Positions 57,597-64,000 of a stretch of DNA of 64,000 nucleotides are shown piece by piece. This DNA comes from Thermoplasmata archaeon. Lineage in GTDB: Archaea > Thermoplasmatota > Thermoplasmata > Lutacidiplasmatales > UBA184. Under the pieces are notes generated by a model that saw only the letters and a list, made by a program, of their open reading frames with translations, did not search any database and had not been told where the DNA came from. The first letter of the stretch is position 1. Each line of letters opens with the position of its first letter. The DNA is taken from NCBI GenBank assembly GCA_035499455.1, contig DATJYS010000007.1, positions 130,787-194,786 of the forward strand. The letters run 5' to 3'. The position numbers and the translations under genes are program-made.

Positions 57597-57853
57597 CCAG
57601 TCGCCCGCGCTCCGGGAGCGCCGGGCCCGCTCAGGACTGCCAGTCGTACGAGACCTTCCCCTGGACGACCGACCGGTCCGTCGGATGCTCCGAACCGGTG
57701 CCGACCAACCGCTCGAGCGCGGCGACCCGGCGCCGGAGTTCCGCCAGCTCCTGCCGTAGCTGGGTGATCTGCGCCAGGAGGTCGGGGACGGAAGGGGCCG
57801 CCATCGGTCTGGAATCGATGGGTGGGAAGATAAGCTTCCGGTCGGAACCCGTC

Positions 57854-58660
57854 TCATGCCACCGTCGGGGCCTCGACCGAGCGGACGAACCCCTCGATCG
57901 CGTCGGCGGTCTCGCTCGGCCGCTCCAACGGGACCATATGCCCGGTCTGCGGCAGGATGCGGATCTGCGCCCGGGGGATCGACTGACGAAGGATGCGCCC
58001 GTGGGCGGGGTCGATGACGGCGTCGTCCATCCCCTGCACGATGAGCACGGGAACGGTCAGGGTGGCGATCCGGCTCCGCTCGTCGAACCGGTCGGCGGCC
58101 CGCGTCCACGCGGTCGCCGGGCGCAGGTCCCGCTGGGCGATCCCGTCCCGAACGCGGTCGGCCAGGTCGAGGTGCGCTTCGATCCAGTCGGGGTAGTACA
58201 GGTCCTTGAGGAGCCGGAGGGCGTACGCGTCGGGCCCCTCCTTCGCGTACGTCTCGATGAACCGGTCGGTGATCGACCGGGTGTGCGAGTCGGTGTACGC
58301 CGCGCCGCTGATCATCGTCAGGCTCCGGACCCGTTCCGGGCGGTCGAGCGCGGCCCGAAGCGCGAGAAACGCGCCTCCGCTCAGCCCGACCCAGTGCGCG
58401 GCCCGGACGTGCTTTCCGTCCAGGAGGGCAAGCACGTCGGCGAGCAGCTCTTCGAAGGTGAACAGGGAGCCCGGGGGCGCCGGCGTGCGCCCGTGCCCCC
58501 GCAGGTCGGGAGCGATGACGCGGAACGACTTCGCGAGCGTTGGAGCGATCCCGTTCCACACCGTCCGGTCGCCTCCCACGCCGTGCAGGAGCAGGACGAC
58601 CGGCCCGGTCCCCTCGTCGTGGGCATCGAGCGGGGTGGGCGAAGGGACCGCGGCGGCCAT
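57854..58660 (-). CDS. alpha/beta hydrolase fold protein
   Basis: VVLLLHGVGGD...GLSGGA (G-x-S-x-G)...GHMVPLE. Confidence 0.7.
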   Translation of the reverse strand: MAAAVPSPTPLDAHDEGTGPVVLLLHGVGGDRTVWNGIAPTLAKSFRVIAPDLRGHGRTPAPPGSLFTFEELLADVLALLDGKHVRAAHWVGLSGGAFLALRAALDRPERVRSLTMISGAAYTDSHTRSITDRFIETYAKEGPDAYALRLLKDLYYPDWIEAHLDLADRVRDGIAQRDLRPATAWTRAADRFDERSRIATLTVPVLIVQGMDDAVIDPAHGRILRQSIPRAQIRILPQTGHMVPLERPSETADAIEGFVRSVEAPTVA

Positions 58661-58746
58661 CGCGCCGCCGGGGTCCGTCGCCTCTTTACCTCTGCGCGCG
58701 CCTCCTACGAGCCCCTAAATAGGACGGGCGGGCTGGATCGGGCGCG

Positions 58747-59373
58747 ATGGCGCGCGGCGTGATGCTGATGAGCGGGGGGATCGACTCGCCGGTCGCGCTC
58801 AACTACCTTCTGCGCCAGGGCCACGAGCTGCTCGCGGTGCACCTCGACAACCGTCCGTTCACCGACGACTCGCCGCTGGGGAAGGTCGTCGACCACCTCA
58901 CGCTGCTGCGCGAGCGGTATCGCCAGCCGATCCCGATGTACGTCCTGCCGCACGGTCCGACCCAGGTGAACCTGATGCGGAACACCGACCGGCACGTCGG
59001 CTGCGTGCTCTGCCGTCGGTTCATGTGGCGCTCGGCCGAGCGGATCGCGGAGCGGGAGGGGGCGACGTTCCTGGCGACGGGCGAGGCGCTCGGACAGGTC
59101 GCGTCGCAGACGCTCTCGAACATGCGCAGCGCGACCGCGTCGGTGAAGCTCCCCATCGTTAGACCGCTCATCGGGTTCGACAAGCAGGAGATCGAGGCCG
59201 TGGCGAAGGAGATCGGAACGTACGAGATCTCGACCCGCCCGGGGGTCTGCTGCCAGGCGGTCCCCGACAAGCCGGCGACGCGGTCCAACCTGGTCCAGAT
59301 CCTCCAGGAAGAGGAGCGGCTCGACGTCGAGCAGATGATCGACGACTGCGTGCGGAAGGCCGTGATCCTGTAA
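58747..59373 (+). CDS. ThiI-type PP-loop ATP-pyrophosphatase domain protein (lacks THUMP domain)
   Basis: SGGIDSPVA (PP-loop) and CVLCRR...ATGEALGQVASQTL (ThiI signature). Only ~208 aa. Confidence 0.6.
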   Translation: MARGVMLMSGGIDSPVALNYLLRQGHELLAVHLDNRPFTDDSPLGKVVDHLTLLRERYRQPIPMYVLPHGPTQVNLMRNTDRHVGCVLCRRFMWRSAERIAEREGATFLATGEALGQVASQTLSNMRSATASVKLPIVRPLIGFDKQEIEAVAKEIGTYEISTRPGVCCQAVPDKPATRSNLVQILQEEERLDVEQMIDDCVRKAVIL

Positions 59374-59549
59374 TCGGGAGCGCTCCCCTCCTCCCCGCCG
59401 TTCTCGTGAAGTCAGACCCCCCGGGAAGAAGTCGGGGCGGAATCCGGTCGCTCCTCCACCTCCCTCGCCCGTCGTAGCGGCGAACTTGCTTCCCTCGTGG
59501 GCGAGCGAAGGGTCTATCTAGGGGTCCTATTCATGCCTCGGGCGACGTT

Positions 59550-60146
59550 ATGGCGTACCAACAGAGTCCGATGGCAGCGGGCATGGAACCCCCTGAGGCA
59601 CAGACGATCAAATCGATGCTCCACATCGCGAGGATTCTCGCGATCGTTCTCGGAGTCATCGTTCTGCTCGGCGGCCTGGCGTACGCAGCGTGGATCGCGT
59701 ATCTCTCGAGCGTCTGCTCGACCTACATTGGATTCGACCCGTACTGCGGCGCGGCGATCACCGCCGCCCTGCTCCCGGCCATCTATCTGGTCCTCTGGGG
59801 GATCGTCGCGATCGTCGTCTACATGCAGATGAAGTCGATCGAGTCGAAGGTCAACTCCCACCAGTACGAGTCGGCGAAGTCCCAGACGTTGATCTGGATG
59901 ATCCTCGGCTTCATCTTCGGAATCATCCTGGGCGTCATCCTCCTGATCGCCTACCTGAAGTTCGACCCCCTGATCACCTGGCAGCGGAACCAGGGCGGGA
60001 TGCCCCCCGCGTACGGCATGCCCCCGGCGGCGGCGTCGGCTCCCGCTCCGATGGCGGCCGGGCAGAAGTTCTGCTCATCCTGCGGTGCCGCCAACGCGGC
60101 CGGAACGGCGTTCTGCTCCAAGTGCGGGGCGGCGCTGGCCGCCTGA
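59550..60146 (+). CDS. four-TM membrane protein with C-terminal zinc ribbon
   Basis: TM helices, then a Pro/Ala-rich linker, then CSSCGAANAAGTAFCSKCGAAL. Confidence 0.5.
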   Translation: MAYQQSPMAAGMEPPEAQTIKSMLHIARILAIVLGVIVLLGGLAYAAWIAYLSSVCSTYIGFDPYCGAAITAALLPAIYLVLWGIVAIVVYMQMKSIESKVNSHQYESAKSQTLIWMILGFIFGIILGVILLIAYLKFDPLITWQRNQGGMPPAYGMPPAAASAPAPMAAGQKFCSSCGAANAAGTAFCSKCGAALAA

Positions 60147-60219
60147 TCGGCCAGCCGGCTCACGGTAGTAGGGGGCGGTCGCGGGGGCCTACGCCTCTCG
60201 CCTGCCGACCGCAGGGCCT

Positions 60220-60558
60220 GTGAGCCCCGATTCGGATGCCGGGTCCCGCGCGGGGTACCGGACCCTGCGCCTCTGCTCGGGCGGGGGCGGGTTCGAGGCG
60301 ATACGCCTATCGGAAGGTCGTCTGGACCTCCCTACGATCCGCCGGAAGCTGGAAGCCGGGGGGATCCCGACCGTCGATGCTCGGGTGATGCTGATCGCGA
60401 CCCTGGAGGCCGAAGTCACGATCTCCGTGGCGGGCCGGGTCCTGATCAAGACCGCGGACCCCTCCCTCGCCGCCCGGGTCTTCGACCGGGTCCACCCCTT
60501 CCTCTCCGCGGAGCCGGACCCCGCCCGTCCCGGTCGTTCCCTCTCCCGTTCAGGTTAA
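60220..60558 (+). CDS. hypothetical protein
   Basis: 112 aa, moderately non-biased. Lies directly upstream of the thiolase gene. Confidence 0.3.
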   Translation: MSPDSDAGSRAGYRTLRLCSGGGGFEAIRLSEGRLDLPTIRRKLEAGGIPTVDARVMLIATLEAEVTISVAGRVLIKTADPSLAARVFDRVHPFLSAEPDPARPGRSLSRSG

Positions 60559-60592
60559 GCCCGAGCGACCGGTTGATGGGCCGGGGGGCCGG

Positions 60593-61747
60593 ATGCGGGA
60601 GGTCTGGGTCGTCGGAGCGAGTTCGAACCGCTTCGGCAAGATGGCCGAGTCCGCCCGCGAGGCCGCCACGCGCGTCTCGATGGACGCGATTCGACAGTCG
60701 GGCCTCTCCCCTCACGACATCCAGCACACGTTCGTCGCGAACTGCTTCGGCCTCGCCGAGCACCAGGCGCACGTAGGGCCTCTCATCAACAACGGGCTCG
60801 GGATCCCGGAGGTCCCCTCGGTGACGCTCGAATCGGCGTGCTCGTCGTCGAGCGCCGCGCTCCACGAGGCGTTCGTCCACGTGGCGGGCGGATTCGCGGA
60901 CGCCGCGCTCGTGGTCGGCGCCGAGCGGCTATCGCATCTCGATACGCTCAGTGCGACCAGCTACTTTGCCATCGCCGCCGACTACGCGTTCGAGACGAAG
61001 AACGGGGCGACGTTCCCGGGGCTGTACGCGACGCTGGCGAGCGCGTACTCGAAGGAGTTCGCGACCAGGCCCGAGATGTTCGGGGCGATCGCGATCAAGA
61101 ACCACGCGAACGCCGCCCGCAACCCCCACGCCCACTTCCAGCGGGAGCTCGCGATGAGCACCTACCTCGCCTCCCCGATGATCGCCTCGCCGCTGCGCCT
61201 CTACGACTGCTGCCCGTTCTCCGACGGCGCCGCGGCCGTCGTCGTCGCCGCCAAGGAGTTCATGAAATCCCCGGTCACCGAGCCCCTCGTGGTGCGCGCC
61301 TCCGCCCGGGCCGGCGCGGTCACCGACATGCAGGACCGGCCCGACCTTCTGGGGCTCCCGTCCACGCGGCTCGCCGCCGACAAGGCGTTCCGGCAGGCCG
61401 GCATCGAACGTTCGAAGGTCGACTTCCTCGAGGTCCACGACTGCTTCACCATCGCCGAGGCGCTGGCGCTCGAGGACCTCGGGTTCGTTCCGAAGGGGAC
61501 CGGGGCGCACCAGGCGGCGGAGGGTGTGACCGCCCGGGACGGTCGCCTGCCGGTGAACCCGTCCGGCGGCCTGAAGGCGAAGGGCCATCCGGTGAGCGCG
61601 ACGGGCGCGTCCCAGGTCGTCGAGGTGTTCGAGCAGTTCAACGGGCTCGCGAAGGGCCGGGAAGTGCCCCGCACCGAGACGGCGCTCACGCACAATGTCG
61701 GGGCGACCGGCGGCTCCTGTTCCGTCCACATCTTCTCCCGCCGCTGA
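60593..61747 (+). CDS. thiolase-domain protein (archaeal SCP-x-type acetyl-CoA acetyltransferase-like)
   Basis: VVGASSNRFGK...ESACSSSSAAL (the active Cys)...NPSGGLKAKGHPVSATG. Confidence 0.8.
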   Translation: MREVWVVGASSNRFGKMAESAREAATRVSMDAIRQSGLSPHDIQHTFVANCFGLAEHQAHVGPLINNGLGIPEVPSVTLESACSSSSAALHEAFVHVAGGFADAALVVGAERLSHLDTLSATSYFAIAADYAFETKNGATFPGLYATLASAYSKEFATRPEMFGAIAIKNHANAARNPHAHFQRELAMSTYLASPMIASPLRLYDCCPFSDGAAAVVVAAKEFMKSPVTEPLVVRASARAGAVTDMQDRPDLLGLPSTRLAADKAFRQAGIERSKVDFLEVHDCFTIAEALALEDLGFVPKGTGAHQAAEGVTARDGRLPVNPSGGLKAKGHPVSATGASQVVEVFEQFNGLAKGREVPRTETALTHNVGATGGSCSVHIFSRR

Positions 61748-61806
61748 AGGAGGGATGGCCCGCGTCCGACCTCGGTGCCGCCGCGCCCCACTCGATCCAG
61801 GAGTTC

Positions 61807-62172
61807 GTGCGGGGCTACGAGGAAGGCTCGGTCCTCCGCGGCTTCCGGTGCGCGGCGTGCGGCCACCTGACGGCGACCTGGGGCGTCGCCTGCTCGCGGT
61901 GCGGCGCGGCCCGCCTCGAGGAAGCGACGCTCTCGACCGCCGGCCGCATCGTCGCCTTCACGGTCCTGAGCGTCCCGGGCGATGAGTTCGTCAACGACGC
62001 CCCGTACGCGTACGTCGTCGTCGAGCTCGATGGCGGCGGCCGGATCACGGGCTGGATGCCGACCGTTCACGCCGAGCGCGACGTCGCCGTCGGGGACCGG
62101 GTCCGTTTCTCCCCGGGGTACAAGCCCGGGGTCCAGTTCGCGAAGGAATCGGCGGCGCCGGGCGGAGGCTGA
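61807..62172 (+). CDS. DUF35 zinc-ribbon/OB-fold protein (thiolase partner)
   Basis: FRCAACGHLTATWGVACSRCGA is a rubredoxin-like Zn ribbon. It is followed by an OB fold (GRIVAFTVL...YAYVVVELDGGGRI). The GTG start at 61807 is inferred. A GGAGG lies at ~61749. Confidence 0.6.
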   Translation: MRGYEEGSVLRGFRCAACGHLTATWGVACSRCGAARLEEATLSTAGRIVAFTVLSVPGDEFVNDAPYAYVVVELDGGGRITGWMPTVHAERDVAVGDRVRFSPGYKPGVQFAKESAAPGGG

Positions 62173-62177
62173 ACCGC

Positions 62178-63884
62178 GTGGCGGCGGTGGGGGCAGACTC
62201 CGCCGAACGTCCTTGGCTCGCGAAGTATCCGGCGGGCGTCCCGCCCCTCGTGGAGATTCCCCCCAAGCTCCTCACGGAACTGATCGGTGAGAGCGCCGCT
62301 CGCTGGGCGGACCGGACGGCGTTCGTCTTCTACGGTGCCCGCTGGAGCTACGCGCGGTTCTGGCAGGAGAGCGAGCGGTTCGCCGCGGCGCTCGCGCGCG
62401 AAGGGGTCGGTCCCGGCGACCGCGTCGCCCTGTATCTGCCGAACGTCCCGGCGCATCCGATCGCGCTCTTCGGGATCCTCCGGCTCGGGGCGGTCGCCGT
62501 CCAGATCAGCCCGCTCTACCTCGGCCAGGACCTCGGCCGACTGCTGGACGACTCCACGCCGAAGGCGCTGGTCACCCTCGAGATCCTGTACCCGAACCTC
62601 GAGAAGCTCGCCCCGCGACGAACGGTCCCGCTCGTCTACGTCGCCCGCCTCCGGGAGTTCTACCCGTACCCCAAACGCCTCTTCGTGAACCTCGTCCTGC
62701 GCCGCCAGCATCGATCCACCCGCTTTCCGAACGGGTCGTCGATACGCCGCTGGTCGGAGGCCGTGCGCACCCCCGGCGTCGCCCCGACCTGGACCGGGGA
62801 CCCCGCGACGACCGTCGCGGTCCTTCAGTACACGGGAGGGACCACCGGGCTCCCGAAGGCCGCGATGCTGACGCATCGCAACCTCGTCGCGAACCTGACT
62901 CAGGGGAACACGTGGAACACGACGCGCGAGTCCGGCCGGGAAGTGATCCTCGCCTCCATCCCGCTCTTCCACGTCTACGGTCTCACGGTGGCCCTCCTGA
63001 TGGGGCTCGCCGACGGGGCGACGATCGTCCTGCAGACCCGGCCGGACGTCCCGGAGCTGCTTCGCCTCCTCGACCGATACCGACCCACGCAGTTCCCGGG
63101 GGTCCCCGCGCTGTACCAGGCGTTCCTGCAGCGCCCCGACCTCGGAAAGTACCGGCTTCGCTCGATCAAGTACTGTCTCAGCGGCTCGGCCCCCCTGCCG
63201 GTCGAGGTCGCCCTGAAGTTCGAGGCGCTCACCGGCGCGCGCCTCATCGAGGGATACGGGCTCAGCGAAACCTCTCCCGTGACGCACGCCAACCCCGTGG
63301 GAGGAGAGCGCCGGGTCGGGTCGGTCGGGCTCCCGTTCCCGAGTACCGACCAGAAGGTGGTGGACGACACCGGCCGTGCGCTCCCGTCCGGCGAGATCGG
63401 CGAGCTCGCCGTGCGGGGGCCGCAGGTGATGCAGGGGTACTACCACCAGCCCGAGGAGACCGCCCGCGTGCTCCGCGAGGGGTGGTTCCTGACGGGCGAC
63501 ATCGCGCGGATCGACGCGGACGGCTACGCGTACATCGTCGACCGCAAGAAGGACATGATCAACGTCGGAGGCATGAAGGTCTACCCGCGCGAGGTCGAGG
63601 AGGTCCTCTTCCAGCACCCGGGAGTGGCGGACGCCGCGGTCGTCGGCGTTCCGGACCCGGCGCTCGGGGAGGTCGCGAAAGCGTTCGTCGTGCGCCGGGC
63701 CGGGGCGACCGTGACCGACGCGGACCTGATCGCGTTCGTGCGCGAGCGGATCGCCCACTACAAGGCGCCGCGGACGGTGGAGTTCCGCGATGCCCTTCCG
63801 CGAAGCGGTCTGCAGAAGGTGCTGCGGCGGTCGCTGCGCGAGGCGCCGGCTTCGAGCCCGGCCGCTACAGCCCCCGCGCGATGA
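62178..63884 (+). CDS. long-chain fatty-acid--CoA ligase (AMP-binding superfamily)
   Basis: [16 protein letters not shown] (AMP-binding motif), [15 protein letters not shown], and a C-terminal ...[10 protein letters not shown]. Confidence 0.85.
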   Translation: MAAVGADSAERPWLAKYPAGVPPLVEIPPKLLTELIGESAARWADRTAFVFYGARWSYARFWQESERFAAALAREGVGPGDRVALYLPNVPAHPIALFGILRLGAVAVQISPLYLGQDLGRLLDDSTPKALVTLEILYPNLEKLAPRRTVPLVYVARLREFYPYPKRLFVNLVLRRQHRSTRFPNGSSIRRWSEAVRTPGVAPTWTGDPATTVAVLQYTGGTTGLPKAAMLTHRNLVANLTQGNTWNTTRESGREVILASIPLFHVYGLTVALLMGLADGATIVLQTRPDVPELLRLLDRYRPTQFPGVPALYQAFLQRPDLGKYRLRSIKYCLSGSAPLPVEVALKFEALTGARLIEGYGLSETSPVTHANPVGGERRVGSVGLPFPSTDQKVVDDTGRALPSGEIGELAVRGPQVMQGYYHQPEETARVLREGWFLTGDIARIDADGYAYIVDRKKDMINVGGMKVYPREVEEVLFQHPGVADAAVVGVPDPALGEVAKAFVVRRAGATVTDADLIAFVRERIAHYKAPRTVEFRDALPRSGLQKVLRRSLREAPASSPAATAPAR

Positions 63885-64000
63885 GATCGCGCGCGATCAC
63901 GAGCCGCTGGATCTCGTTCGTTCCCTCGAAGATCTCGCTGATCCGGGCGTCGCGGTACGCCCGCTCGATCGGGGTCCCCCGGATGTATCCCAGGCCACCG
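63865..64000 (-). CDS. acyl-CoA dehydrogenase, C-terminal fragment (gene continues beyond window)
   Basis: Reverse translation gives ...[44 protein letters not shown]. This is the canonical ACAD C-terminus. Confidence 0.7.
   Translation of the reverse strand, partial: GGLGYIRGTPIERAYRDARISEIFEGTNEIQRLVIARDLIARGL

Noticed and set aside
1-64000. CRISPR arrays, rRNA genes, IS elements
   Set aside because: No regularly spaced direct repeats. No rRNA-like conserved stretches. No transposase-like ORFs or terminal inverted repeats were seen. The only recombinase is the Xer-like tyrosine recombinase.

Overview
This 64 kb window is ~70% GC and gene-dense, and appears to come from an archaeon. The evidence is a canonical TATA-binding protein (37265..37915), a thiolase plus DUF35 pair, AT-rich TATA-box islands 25-40 nt upstream of starts (leaderless style), and frequent GTG/TTG starts. 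I call ~80 protein-coding genes. I could not support any rRNA, tRNA or CRISPR array.

The content looks accessory and stress/xenobiotic oriented:
- seven SRPBCC (Bet v1-like) paralogs
- four class I SAM-methyltransferases
- two GNATs, two VOC/glyoxalase proteins, two MDR oxidoreductases, two alpha/beta hydrolases, cupins and a pirin
- five or six zinc-ribbon small/membrane proteins
- M13, M14 and M29 peptidases
- a flotillin with an internal duplication
- a GT2 plus sulfatase-like envelope operon
- a beta-oxidation-type cluster at the right edge (thiolase, DUF35, acyl-CoA ligase, acyl-CoA dehydrogenase)

Candidates for something new, in rough order of interest:
- a tightly coupled GyrI-like plus YcaQ/AlkZ-like DNA glycosylase operon, a possible genotoxin-resistance module
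- two paralogous minimal HExxH...E metalloprotease-like genes
- a 4-bp-overlapping unknown plus nucleotidyltransferase module
- a purine-rich 12-codon micro-ORF followed by a hairpin in a 350-bp gap
- a ~500-bp gene-free stretch that may hold a structured RNA
- a NUDIX to zinc-ribbon gene pair coupled by a GTGA overlap
- a TBP with an atypical basic Pro/Gly tail

Because of the high GC content, every frame carries long spurious ORFs. I accepted only ORFs with recognisable family signatures or non-R/G/P-biased composition. Start codons are approximate throughout.
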